Of a stretch of DNA of 64,000 nucleotides, positions 1 to 13,775 are shown piece after piece. The translations under genes and the position numbers were made by a program. Numbering within the stretch: the first letter of the stretch is position 1; the number at the start of each line of letters is the position of its first letter. Location: the NCBI RefSeq assembly GCF_000181795.1, contig NW_003526944.1:3370410-3434409 (forward strand), written 5' to 3'. This DNA is from Trichinella spiralis. Its lineage: Eukaryota. A model generated the notes under the pieces. It was not told the origin of the DNA. It saw only the letters and a list, made by a program, of their open reading frames with translations, and ran no database searches.

Positions 1-603
1 AAAAATTTTATTTGAAAATGACTATTAATAATGATTGTAAATATTTTTCAGTTTTCAAAGAACAATATTTTCTGTAGATGATGGTCATCAGAATTTTATT
101 ATTACGAGCTAATAATAAATACAATTTACCAACTGTATCTACTGTAGGTAACTTAAATTCAGGTTTAAATTTAAAAATTTTTAAATATTTGCAAACAAGT
201 ACAATGAAATTATTGAAAAAAAAGTTGAAAAAACAATTATTGAATGCATTGATTGTTATATTTTCAGAATGTCTTTTTATTTTTGAATTTTAGCTTCGAA
301 AATTTTATTTCAAATTTTCATTAAATATTTGAAAAACATGTAGTGAAAGTAAATCAAATTATCTTGATATTATACATAAATGTTAATAAATGAATAAAAA
401 TGAACAATTATAATGTAAATTTATAGTAAAAATCATCATTTCTGAAAAAAATTTATATAACCTTGTGAAGCCAATAACTACAGTAGTTGACAGTACATTT
501 ATTACCACGTAGCTACAGTTGTAATAAATTTGTTCGCCATATAGGGTCTTTAAAAAATTTTTTATGTTTTTTTGTTACTGCTCTGTAAATCTTTTAATAT
601 TCC

Positions 604-2981
604 ATGTTTTTTATTTTAATTTTTGTCACATGCTTATTGGGAACTGTAAGTACAAATCGTCTGTTCCTTGGTACTTTTGATCCGTGGGAAAAGTGGTATG
701 GTTCTTTCTCAGAAAGTGAACGAATTAAGATGGTTGACATGATTAGACAAATGTTTGGTTTTGCTTATGATAATTACATGCGCTGGGCAATGCCTTTCGA
801 TGAACTTGATCCTTTGAATTGCCGGGGTAGAGGTCCTGACTATGCGGATCGGAAAAATATCAATATCAATGATGTTCTCGGCGATTATTCTTTGACATTA
901 GTTGATTCGTTGACCACATTAGCGGTAATGGGGAACGTTACAGAATTTCGAAGAGCTGTCGGTCTTGTTCTTGAGCACGTCAGTTTTAATAAAGACAACA
1001 CTGTTCAAGTATTCGAAGCTAATATAAGGTAAGTGACTTTCTTTTGTGAAAAAAGCGCTTCAATGGGCTCAGTAAATTGTCTGTATTGTCGAATTTAATT
1101 TATATACTCAAGGTTTCTTGTAAATTAACATTGGGCTAGTTTATACGTTTTCAGAGTAATCGGTGCTTTGCTTAGTGCTCATTTAATAATTGTCGACAAA
1201 AATGCTCTGCTTGGAGATTTCCGCATTGCTGGCTACAATGACGAATTGCTTAGTCTTGCTCATGATTTAGCTAATCGTCTAATGTCCGCATTTGAAGAGA
1301 CCAATACCGGTATCCCGCATCCAAGGGTGATAATTTGAAATGATCATTTCGAATTTGCCCAAACGTTTTTTGTTCCAGGTCAACTTGATGCATGGTATAC
1401 CTTTTGATACGGTAAATGAGACTTGTGTAGCCGGTGCTGGAACGTTGTTGGTCGAGTTTGGGGTTTTGTCGAGGTTGTTGAATGATCCTACTTTTGAAAA
1501 TGCCGCTCGACGAGTTAACGAAGTACTTTGGAAATCTCGCAATTGTAGAACTGGCCTTCTTGGCAATGTCATTGACATTCAAACAGGTGAATGGGTTGTT
1601 ACAACTAGTGGTCTGGGAGCCGGCATGGATTCATTTTATGAATATTTATTAAAGGTATGCAATTCAAATTTTCAATGTAATATTTCATGGTTATTTTTTT
1701 TGGATAATAATATGAACATTGATTTTCAGGGTTATCTTTTATTTGGACAGGAAAGTGATTTTGAAATGTTTACCATTTTCTATTCGACAATTAAGCAGCA
1801 TATGCGCAAAGGGTATGAAAATTGTAATTTATATTTAATTGTTCATTTATCTTTATCGATTATTATTTTATGAAAAGAAAAAGTCTTCAGTTGAATTTTA
1901 GGCGTAAATATTGCAATTATGGTTCAGAGAACCACCCGCTTTACGTGAACGTATTTATGAACGATGGCAGTGTAAGCTATCGTTGGATAGATTCTTTGCA
2001 AGCTTCTTTTCCTGCTGTTCAGGTTTTGATTTATTGTATTTTTTTAAAATTTTAAACTGAATTTAAATTTAAAAACAAAAAAAGCTATCAATTTAGGTTT
2101 TGTACGGGGATTTGGAAGAAGCTATTTGCATGCACGCTTTGTATTACACAATATGGCGGAAGTACAATGCTTTACCTGAACGTTTCAATTGGCATTACAA
2201 GTATTTGGCTGTTTTCAATAGTTGATAATTTCGAGAATTTTTTTAAATTTGTTTTTTGTTTTACAACAGAGTTGCTGAAATAGCATTTTATCCTCTTCGA
2301 CCTGAATTTATTGAATCGACGTATTTTTTGTATTTGGCTACAAAAAATCCATTCTATCTTCACGTTGGCAAAGAAGTTGCAGAAAGTTTGGAAAAGTATA
2401 CGAAAACGAAGTAATATTTTTGGCGAAATCCCGTTGAAGAGAAATTTCGTATTTGAAATTATCATCCTGTTCCTTGTATTCAGGTGTGGATATGCTACAA
2501 TTCATGATGTGGCCGACAAAAGTTTGGAAGATAGGATGGAAAGTTTTTTCCTAAGTGAAACGATCAAATATCTCTATTTGGTATGCTTCATTTGTTTAAC
2601 AGAATTGTAATTTTTATTTATTTATTTTTTGATTAGCTGTTTGACGTTGATAATCCTGTAAATCGCCGAGGGGATCAATTTTTATTCACTACCGAGGGTC
2701 ACTTGTTTCCATTGTCTGCGGAAATCCGCTTTTCGGACATTGAGGTACGTGTGCCGGAATCGTCGATTTACGGTCACTGTGTTGAAGGTGAACTGGCAGT
2801 ATGCCAGCGAGGGGATCTTTCCCCGGACGGTGTTGCCGACGGTGACCAAAGCTCGATGGACCCGTTTCGTCTGCTTTCTTGTCCGTCACGGGCCTTATTC
2901 CGACGCCACATCCTACCACTGCGCAGTGTCTACTTGCAATCTTTGCACGACAGTTTGGATGTGGAATATCCATTCTCTTGA
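604..2981 (+). CDS. EDEM1: ER degradation-enhancing alpha-mannosidase-like protein (GH47, EDEM1-like), multi-exon
   Basis: N-terminal hydrophobic signal. EDEM1/GH47 motifs lie across GT-AG exons: [144 protein letters not shown]. Stop TGA ends at 2981. Confidence 0.93.
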
Positions 2982-3477
2982 CCGAGCTTGTCAGTTGTTG
3001 TGTCGTTGTTGGAAGAAAGAAGCTGCCAACAGATGCGGGTAAATGATCAGTTAGTGCTGGACGACTTTTTTTTCATATTATTGTCGGGATATTTTCTTTG
3101 TTTGTTTGTTTGTTGTTGTTTTTTGCTTTTTTCATTGTTTCCGTTGTTGCTTGTTGCGCTAGGTAATTTGCACTTGTGCTCGAAAGTGCCTTGTGTAATA
3201 TATAGTCTGATTGAGTAAAGGTATAAAATTTCAATATGGAAATTGTTCGACTTTGAAAAATCGAACAATTGAAGCACAGTGCTGGCCGACCGCCTCAGTC
3301 GCCTGTATTTGCATAAATGAGTGCTATTTGTTGGCGAATTGGTCGGCCGATGGGCAATTTGAACGGCCATTGAGGAACAATTCGTGGGCTAGGTTTTTCC
3401 CCTTGTTCAATTTCTCTTCTATTTTCTCTTTCTTCGCTCGCGAAAGCAGAGTGAGAAGCAAGCGGTGTTGTTGCTCA

Positions 3478-6400
3478 ATGGCGAACCATTCGACACTGAC
3501 CGACCACGGGCAGAACGGTTCCAAGCAGAAGAATGTCGAGGAAGTTTTCCATGAACATCCGCCCCCGGCCAACGCCCCCACCGACAGGGCTCACACGACC
3601 GGGCACTTTGCAGCGGTCGCTTTGGGTCGGTGCGCCAGCTTGCCGGATGTCGAGGAGAGGAAGCTGGGCGGTGGCAAGTGGCTGAAAAAATCCGCCTTTT
3701 CGTTGTCAACTTTGGAAGTGGGACGAGGGAAAACTCGGCACAGTCGTCATTACATCAAAGCTGATCAATATGATCACTGGAACAATCGTATTAGCATTAT
3801 ATCAGCGCGTAGTCAGTGAGTAGTAGTACAGCATGCTTGTGTTGTTCAAGATGGAAGTATAATTTCCTTTTTGCAATTTTAGAAGAGGACAAGAGTGGAA
3901 TGTATTCAGAGCAATTCCACGTGATCAGGATGTACACGAACCCCGGTGGATAATTATAGCTGCGCAAATTTTCAAAGTACATATACATAGAGATGCATAT
4001 TTAATGGAGAAAACAATAATTAATCAATCTCATGGTCAAAGAATTTACTATTTGAAAACTATTTTAGGTTATTGTGTATTTGGTTTTATTTTTATTGGTA
4101 CTCGGTACTGCCACTTTATCGAAGCTTATTCTACTGTTGTTCGTTTCACACTTACGTCGTGGTCTTCACTATATTCCGTGCAAGTTTTACGGTAAATTGT
4201 ATGAAATTAATCGAAATCCCGACCGAAATGAGCATATATTTTTGTTAAAAAAAGAGTTTTCCAAAATATTTCTAGATAGCAACATGTTCAATGCAAGACC
4301 AAGCGAAAAGTTGCCATTAACAGCAAACACTGCAACGTGGTGCTATTGGACCTTGTGGTTTGCAATGTGCACACCGGAACTGTTGACATTTTTTCGCTGT
4401 TTGCGTAATGTAATATTCAAGAAAACTGCCACACCCAGTTTTTCCGACTTTTTCGTCGCTTTTACTTTGGAAACCATACAGACGATTGGCATGTGCATGT
4501 TGGTGTTTTCAATATTGCCCGAGTTGGACTCTGTCCGCGGAGTGATGCTTTTATCCGCACTGGGTTTGGTGCCAAGTTTGTTGAACGTGTTGTTCAATTT
4601 GCAATTGTTCGTAGAAGAAGAGCCGACAGTGAAAGTCAGTAGTCGTCAGCTTGTTCACATTATTGCCGATGTAATTGCATTTCTTATGCAAACATCCGCA
4701 TTGTGGACTTGGGTATTGGTTGATCGTACATTGAAGGTTCAGTTATAAAAATATTAATATTGTAGAACGTGAAATATTTTGAAAATTAAAAAGCACAATT
4801 TTTATTCTAGGTTAGAAGTATGTTAGCATTTTCATTGTTTGCCACGTCGTTGCGATGGTGGGAAAATTATGTCGATCATTCTTCGCAAGGGTCGTTTGCA
4901 ATTTTGATCAAGCTCGGCAATTTGGCAAGGCGGCTCCAACGCAGCCGTTACAAAACCCACGTCTTGTTGTCAATATGGAGGTGTGCCCTGAGTCTGTTTT
5001 GCATGCTGATGCTCGGCGGCAGTGTGCACCGGCTGCGAGTACTTTTCGACTTTACAGATCCATTTCAACATTTGAACGGCAGTTCAACTGTCGGAGTTGG
5101 CTTTACCATTTGGAATTGGTCGTCATCGTTGTCAGCTTACGCCAGCACGTTCCGATCATTAGCGTTGGGCTTGATCTGCTCCAGTTGGGCTTGCTATCAA
5201 GCGGCCCGTTTCGCCTGCAAAGTCCACATGGGCAAATTTAGTTATTCCTTTCCCGTAGTGGTTACAGTACCCTTCACTGTGGCCATTTTGTTGAGCCTGG
5301 GTGAAGTTCGACGACTGCGGCCATGCTTTGCTGTCGGATGGCTAACCGACAAGCTGTATTGGAATTTGTCGTCTTATAGTCAAGTATGGCCGGATTTGTT
5401 GCGTGATCGTGCCGCATGGATGTGGATCTTTTGGTTCGTCAGTTATTTGTGGATTGTGGCGCATCTGTTTGCACAACAGACGTTACGTTTGAACAAAACT
5501 GATTCGTACGTTAAATTATTTTTTGCACTATTTTTCATTAGTATTATTTTTATTATTATTTTACAGTTTGTTCGTGATGCCAATGTATTTGGGATGCTTT
5601 ATTGATCAGTCGCTTTGTTTTAACCGAAGACGTCAACCACACGTGCGCATTCGAACAAAAGTAAGCAATGAAAATTTTTTTTTGATTTTAAAACGTACTA
5701 TATTATTTGTTTTTTGTTTTTGATCTACGTTTTTAAATGAAATCTGAAAAATTCAGTTAACGTCATTATATATGTATTTTTTTGCTTTACAATTGTTTCT
5801 GTATGTAGCAGGCTTTGTCTCTATTTTGTATTTTTTAACTTTCCATTAAGTAAGTTGTTCTCTTTTTGTAATTTATTGTTGAGCTTGTTCAGGATTTAGT
5901 TGACGATGTCAATGCAGATACGTGTTCCGTTGTATCCGATGATTCTGAATGGTCTATTGCAAACAGTGCGACGTCATTATGGACGATGGGAAACGTTAGC
6001 ACGGATAGGATAACGAAAATATACATCTGTGCGACAATGTGGCACGAAACGCCTAAAGAAATGACTCAAATGCTGCAGTCGATTTTTCGGTTTGCTTTCC
6101 TTTGAATATTGAAAAGAAAAGGGAAAAGGAACTAATAATTTTTACTTGCTGACATATTTTGAATGTTTCTAAATTTAAAAATATTAATGTAGGATGAAAG
6201 AAATGTAGGTATTGAAGGAATAATAGGAAATGAGTAATAGTGAGTTCTGTTTTAAAATGTCGGAAGCTTCTGTTTATAGCGGAATCTGAAGACCATCAAT
6301 TATGCATCGGTGTTGTAGAATGGACGAAGACCAGAGTGCCAGAAAAAATGCGCAGAAATATTTGAAAATTGTCGATCCAGATTATTATGAATTGGAATGT

Positions 6401-9400
6401 AATTTTAATTGTATAATAATTTTCATCAAAGGGCTTGATTGGGGGTTTTTCAGCGCACATATTTTTCGACGATGCATGGGTGGACGATGAAGTGTTGCAG
6501 TGTCGTGTACCGAATCGTTACGTTGTGCAATTGGTGAATGCCATCGGTGATGCTGCGAGGTCGGTTCTTGGTTCTTACTTTTTTTCATACAGGAGAAAAT
6601 TGGATATTATAAATTCGATTTCAGAGCAGTACACAAGACGAACATCAAATTAAAGCCACCGCTGAAAATTGACGTACCATACGGCGGTCGATTGGTCTGG
6701 AGTCTGCCTGGTGACAACAGACTTGTTGTACATTTGAAGGATCGTAACAAGATGCGACACAAGAAGCGTTGGAGTCAGGTAAGCTGTGCCTGGTGTTATT
6801 ATTAGGCTTTCACTTTCACGCGTCCAGGTGATGTATATGTATTATTTACTTGGCCATCGTATTATGGAACTGATTTCGGATACAAGACGCAAACAGCTGC
6901 TTGCTGACAATACTTTTCTGTTGACTATTGACGGCGATTCGAAATTTAACCCTGCTTCGGTGCAGAAGCTTGTCGACCTGATGAAGAAAAACACGCGGCT
7001 AGGTGCTGCCTGTGGTCGTATACATCCTCTTGGAAAAGGTAATTGAAATTGAGATAGAAGTAGAAATTTGGTTTTCAATTAGGCCGTATGGCAAAATAAC
7101 AGCCTTTTTAAAAGCAATATATATACTCAGTTTATGTTCTGTGTTCAGGAATTATGATTTGGTACCAGAAATTTGAATATGCTATTGCTCATTGGTTTCA
7201 AAAAGCAGCCGAACATGTTTTCGGTTGCGTACTCTGCGCACCTGGCTGTTTCAGTCTGTTTCGTGCATCAGCTCTGATGGACGACAATGTGTTGAACAAA
7301 TATACCAAATTGCCCGTTGAAGCGCATCAGTTTGTACAATACGATCAAGGTAATTCCCTGTAGCCCTCGTGTTACCGTCGACCCCTTACAGTACAGTTTG
7401 ATGTGCAGGGAAAAGGAGGGAGTACGGTAAGGGGATTTGGGACCAGAGTAGTTGTTGTATTGGATAGAATGAACTGAATGTGTAAATGAAGCATCGGACA
7501 TGGCGCGTTATTTCAGACAGTTTTTAGCAATTTAAGTTCCGCATTAATATTTTTTGTAATATGTTTATTTTAAAAGAAGCTAAAGTTGATAATTCAGTTC
7601 TTTGCATAATTATTTTTTATTTCGTTTTGCATTTGAAGGCGAAGATCGTTGGCTTTCAACGTTACTTTTGAAGCAAGGCTATCGCATCGAATATGCTGCC
7701 GCCGCGGATGCTGAGACATACGCGCCGGAAGGTTTCAGTGAATTTTTCAACCAGCGTCGTCGGTGGGTACCATCGTCGTTGGCAAACACGCTGGATTTGC
7801 TTTTCGATTACAAAAGAGCCGTCAGGAACAACGATTCCATATCTCGTCTTTACATCTTTTACCAGATGATTGTCATCTTCTTCTCTTTGCTTGGTCCGTC
7901 TATAATTTTTACAATGATGGTATTCGCTCAGGTCGCTTCGTTTCGTATGGACAGCTGGAATTTAATGTTGGCCAATTTGATTCCAGTAATTCTGTACTGT
8001 ATCATTTGTTTCGTGGCAAGCAGCAAATGGCAGGTAAGTATTGCAGTTGACATTTTACACCAATCACCACCACACGTGTAAAGAATAAATGATGTTTTTT
8101 TGTTATTAAAAAAACCAAACCAAAACAGCAAAAATGCTTTTCAGCTACTTGCAGCCAAAGTGCTCAGCGTGTTGTACGCGATGGTCATGTCTGCCGTTGT
8201 GGTCGGCACCGGCATTCAGTTGACCACCGAAGGTCCGTCGAGTCCGGTATCGATGTACGTGTTGATGTTGGCTGGCTTGTTTTGCATGGCTGCGTTCTTG
8301 CACCCGCGTGAGTTTAGCAACATCTTCTACGGTGCGGTATTTTTTCTAATGATCCCCACCACCTACGTCATCATGTCGTTGTACGCGTTGATCAATTTGA
8401 ACGTGATCAACTGGGGTACCAGAGAAGCAGCGGCTAATGCCGCCGGATTGGAAAATGAACCCCTCTATAAGAAGTGGTTCAGAAAGGTGAAGAAAGATAA
8501 GAAGTTTGAAAAAATGGACACTGGATTCTCGCCCGGCACCATCGCCACGCCCTCTTGGATCGGGAGACGGGGTCGGCTGAAGCGCGCAGACGAACGCTTC
8601 TTGATGCTGATGTCGCAGTTGGATCGCATCGAACGCAGGTTTCACAATGTCGACATGGTTGTTAGCTTGAGTGAAGTTTCGTTTTCTAATAATTGTTCAG
8701 TGTCGCAAAATGCCGATTCGAGGGAACGAATCTGCTTGCCGGCGGTGAATATACGGCCGGTGAAGCTTGCCCCTTTCCAACAAGCCCGGTCGACGGCCAC
8801 CGCAAGCCGACTACCTTCGACAACGCTGACCGGCGGTTGAGTGAAGAACCAAACGTCGAGCTGGCGCGGTTTGAAGGTTCGGCTCCAGTACGCGGCGGTG
8901 CAGCGGCGACCAGCAGCAACGAGGTTCTCTGCTTCGGCAGCGATATGAGCCAGTGCAGCAGCAGTGTGGACAGTCTGACGGACGCGGGCAATTGGTCGAG
9001 ACGCCACGGTCGAAGTGAGTTTTATGCCGACCACTGGATGAATTTCGCGAAATAAAAAACATCTAGGCTGGCGCTTTCAGCCATGCATTCAGAGGATGCG
9101 CCGCCGTGGATGCTGCTCGACTACCTCGGCGATGGTCCCAACCAGACGACGGACGAAACTGAGAAGCGCTTTTGGATTTCTTTCATCACCGAATACATGA
9201 AGGTAGGCTTCACAAATGTGCTCACACTGATTTTAAGAAATCATCCATTTACACACTCATACAATTGCGATCGAGATATTCTTTTATTGTTGTTCGGTTC
9301 ATTTTATTAGCCTGTAATTCGTACTGCAGCCGAAGAGAAGCTGGTGGTATCGATGTTGAAAGATTTGAGGAACAGCGTCGCTTTGGCATTGCTGCTTGTC

Positions 9401-10621
9401 AACGGTTTGGTAGTTGTGACGATTTACTTGCTTCAAATCAACAAAGATTTGTTGTCAATCCGGTGGAATCCCACAGGTTAGCTAACGAGCCGCACAGTTC
9501 GTGCACGTACGTATGTGAGTGACTGGGAAATGTTTTGTTGTGTTTGTCTGTCTGTTTTAAGCGAACTACACGATCATCAAGTGGGAACCGTCGATAATGA
9601 AGTATATCACCGTGCAGGAACCGTTGAAGATCGAGCCGATCGGTTTCACGATTATTTTGTTCCTATCATTTATTTTGCTTGTCCAACTGACCGGCCTGCT
9701 GCTGCACCGATGGCAGACAATGCAGCACATTTTGGCCAGCACCGCGTTAAGCTGTTTCGACAAACGTCCTAAGCAGTCTGTGGAAAATAGTCAACTGCCC
9801 GGTGAAGACGCCATTGAAATAGGTAACACGAATCTATATACACCTTGTACCTTTCAGACTCGCTCCTTTCACACAAATGGCTTGTTCACTTGTGTGTGCA
9901 CATACATGTTGGGTGTCACTGTGAAACATCGGTTAATGCTGTTCTAGCGAGGAAAATGCAACGCCTTGACGACGGATATGCAGGACAACAGATGCGTAAA
10001 TGTGGACGTCGACGAGTGGTCATCGCGTTGGACAAAGCACGCAGAGTTCGAAAGACGCCAAATCGGTTGAATACGGCTTTCAAGAAGAAGCTTTTCAACT
10101 TCAACCCCGAAGAACATCGCCGTCGACTGGGAGGTTGGAATTTTTCATTTTTTCTCCCCTATTTACTACTTATTTTAAATTTTATTATTATTGGTTTTCA
10201 ATTTCATTTTATTCTTCAAATATTTAACGCTTGTTGTGTAGGACGTGGCAGAAGATTGCAGATGAGCTCTGGAATAATTCAACGAATTGCCGCTGGCAGA
10301 ATTGAACGTTTCAAGCGTCAAGCAGATCTGCTGCAAACACGCCAACCGGAAGATACCAGGTCCCGTGTGGACGACCACTGTGTGTAAGCTCACGGTTGCA
10401 GTTTTCACCCCAATAATTTAGCCTTAGATTAGTTTGGCTGCTTTAGAACAGAAGAGCAAACTGTAATGGACTTGGAGAACGAAAATCCGGAAGTGGCATT
10501 CACGGCTAGGCGACGACCACCTTTCACTTCATCACCGTTGTCGTTTATTGAAGAGTTTGAGCGAATTTTGGACTCCTCGCCCAAGTGCAACGAAAATTAT
10601 CATCACTCGGACTGGCCTTGA
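3478..10621 (+). CDS. chs: Chitin synthase (GT2, metazoan type), multi-exon
   Basis: WNVF motif and N-terminal transmembrane block, then [95 protein letters not shown] and WGTRE. ATG at 3478. The last exon (10447-10621) is inferred; an unspliced stop at 10387 is also possible. Confidence 0.95.
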
Positions 10622-11619
10622 AGCATCAAGAACTTCACACTTGCTGATCGTTCCTACTGTAATCAGTCTCAGTGCTGCGGTGTTCATGATTCATCTGTAG
10701 TTATATATATATAATCGTCGAAACCGACAGCGATTGTGCGATGTGATTCAATTGCCTTCCACTTCACTTCACTTATAGGTGGCATCTTGTTCAACTGTCA
10801 AAACTTATCAAAAGCATTTCAATTATGAGGTAGCATTTTAGTAGCATTGATGAAGAGGTAATCTTCTGTTCATTGAAATGTATTTTATTGAAGTATTCAA
10901 TTAAATAAACTTGCAGTTTTCTCAACTCTGCTCTTGGATAGGGAATGCTAATAACCAAAAAAAGGAAGCAGAAACTAGCTTTCCCTTAGCTTCATTTCCT
11001 CATTTTTAATACCACTGATGAATTGTAGCAGTAACGCAGCTTCCGCGATGGAAAACTGTGGAAAGAAGGAGTAAAAGTCGGGCAGCGGGAATAGGGCACA
11101 CAAACCCTAAAAGTGCTCAATCCCTATTTATAGACTCTACTGTGAATGTTTACTGTAGATTTTCAGGTTCAGTGTATGGTTGTTTCCGCCTATGAGGTTC
11201 CACATCATAACAATATTAAAAACCAGTTTCCAGGAAGAAAGGTAATTTATAGTTGTAATTTACACTGATGAAGGTATGTCGAACCAGGTTCTTGTTTCCC
11301 TAGTTGTGAAATGAAGTCATGAATGCAAAATTCAGCTTTCAGAAGGAATAGATCAATGTTGAGCTTCCACATTGCTCCGTTTAATGGCACAAGTCGATAT
11401 TTTCAAAAAATTAATCTATAACACTTTTAAATGTCAATTATACGGTTAATTTACTTTCCGTAATGTAAGCATTACAATTCATACGGTAAAGTTCAAAAAT
11501 CCATAATTTCCTGAATTAATATGCTTGTTACAAGCTTACTTTGATGTGTTGATATGAGATGATTGTTTCTTTTCTTCCAATAATTTAGGCCGATAAATTA
11601 AATGATGCTGCATCTAATC

Positions 11620-11775
11620 TGATGAGCCAATCCCGGCTCGTGTGAGCCAAAAGAAGCAACTCTGGACGATTGGTAAAATATGTGACGTTAAACACGTGAT
11701 GCGTGAGCTAAACGAAGCAACGTCAGTCAAAGAATAAACAATGAAAACAACACGCGAGCGCGTTATAAAAGCGAG
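11620..11775 (+). promoter_or_regulatory. Probable promoter of the gene starting at 12039
   Basis: CpG-rich island containing CCAAT (11627), ATTGG (11669), TGACGT (11683), CACGTG (11693), ACGTCA (11720) and TATAAAA (11764), about 270 nt upstream of the ATG. Confidence 0.35.
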
Positions 11776-12038
11776 CGAAGTGAGACACGGATGGTGCGTT
11801 GTTGAATTCGTTGGTTTGGCATTACGCTGAATGTGACAGTTGCTTGTTGCGGTGTTTGTTTGCAAATTGTTTCTCAACAATTTTTTGAAATAAAATATAA
11901 AAGCCGCTTGTGGATTTTCGTCACTGCTGAGCGGTCGAGCTATACTTGTTGCTATTTTTAAAATACAGTTACCTCTCCTGAGAATCAGAATACGGTCTGC
12001 TCTCAACTTTATCTTTGGGTGACAATAGTTTGTACTCA

Positions 12039-13775
12039 ATGTTTAATAATATTTCTGAGAAGGATACTCTTACTGCCACTTTTAGCGTAAATTTATCTAT
12101 CTGAAAGTTGAAAAGAAAAAATTGTTAATCTTTTTATTGTTTAGGATGCGAGTTTTCAACGTCCGTCGCAGCAGCAGGACGTGTGCCGAACTTTTAGTAC
12201 TTATCAAAATATTGCTGTCTTTGTCAGCGTCCCCATTATTGAAAAAGTGAAATTGTTTTATTATTTTATTTGAATGAATAATAAGTAGTTGGTAGTTTAT
12301 ACATGTAGATAATATATAAAGGAAAGACAGTTAATTTATTGATACGTTAATGAATTGGATGTGTTTTTGTGATAGAATATTGATGTGCAAGAGAATTCGG
12401 CGGACATCGCGGATGGAACGGATAAAAATGTTAGTGAAGGTAATTTGCATGCTACATTTCTTACACAGTATTTACAATTTTTTATTTAGACGTTAAATTG
12501 TAAATGATTATTTATTGTGCATGACAGTAAGTGAGTGCTATGTGATTTTTAATTAATGGTGAAACAATTAACTTTTTTACCAGACCGATAGCTTACCAGA
12601 CACACGTGCAATTTTCCCCGATAATATTTTATCTTATGCCAGTGAGACAGAGCATGCGACTACTTATTCAGATTTCGTTGCTGTCATCGATCCCAGTGTT
12701 GCCACTACTGCGATAGAAACGCCGAGTAATATGCTACCGACTGAAGTATTATTTTAACGTATTCAATACAGTATTACATTTTGAGCACATTATGTAAATT
12801 TTTATTCTTCTGCAATTGCTTCTGGCTCGGTCTGTATGCTTAATGGTCATTCTGATGTCCTGATGGATGATGCTGATGACCCTGCCCCTTCAACACGCAT
12901 TGCATTGTCTGATGTAGAAGTAGTTGTGTTCATTTTTTTATGAATGTTTGATTAAAAACTTTTAATATTTTTATAAAAGTTGTTGCAAGAGGAAGAAATT
13001 AGCCAAAATTTGAATGATTTGTTCACCTTCCTTTTTCCTTCAAGCCCTGCCCGCAAGAATGTAATGTATCAGTACAACACTTCTGAATTTGACAGCGATC
13101 TTGACAAAGTTTGTTGAATTTGGGGTGATTTAATTTAGAGTAATTTAGAAATTTAAAAGAATATGTTTAGTGTTATGAAAATTTTGTGAAAAAGTCTTCA
13201 GATTTAAAGGCTACTGCTGCTGAAGACTGGAAAAAGAAAAAAGTAAAGGAATTTATGGTAACACTGTTAAAAGAAGAGTTAGAGGTTAGTAGAGGCAGTT
13301 AAGCATGTTGAAAATTCTTCATGATTTTATTTCTTCTATCCATAGAATGTGATTCAGAGGTTATTTCTTTTTCAGAATTTAAATTCTCGAAGCAAGCTTG
13401 CCAATTTGGCCAGTACATCATCACTCGCGCCAGTGGAAACGGATAGCGCCGATTCGGGGGTTACTAACTTGAAATGATTTATTATATTATTCCTTTATGC
13501 TTTCAGAACATTTTTATATTAAACTTTTCTTTACAGACGAATGATGCCGATGGCTCTGCCATAGACCTGGATGTCAGCTCTATTTCTTTGCTCGATATAT
13601 TTTCTTTTGGAGATTCTGATGATAACGAAGATTATGATTCTATTAGATCGTTAAGAATTTCAAGAGGTGCATTACGAATGTTTCTTTTTCTTATTTCTAA
13701 ATTAATTTTTTTGTAATTATCAGAAATATGAAGTGCAATAATTTGGATGATGTTGCCACAGATTATGCTGACTAA
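12039..13775 (+). CDS. Uncharacterised acidic protein, multi-exon; possibly the N-terminal part of a GON4L-like gene
   Basis: Hand-spliced open frame through GT-AG exons: MFNNISEKDTLTATFS|DASFQRPSQQQD..|NIDVQENSADIADG..|TDSLPDTR..|..EFDSDLDK|CYENFVKK..VKEFMVTLLKEELE|NLNSRSKL..|..LLDIFSFGDSDDNEDYDS..TDYAD*. Several junctions have alternative solutions. Confidence 0.6.

Noticed and set aside
8346..9062. Several antisense ORFs over chitin synthase
   Set aside because: They are shadows of a GC-rich coding exon.
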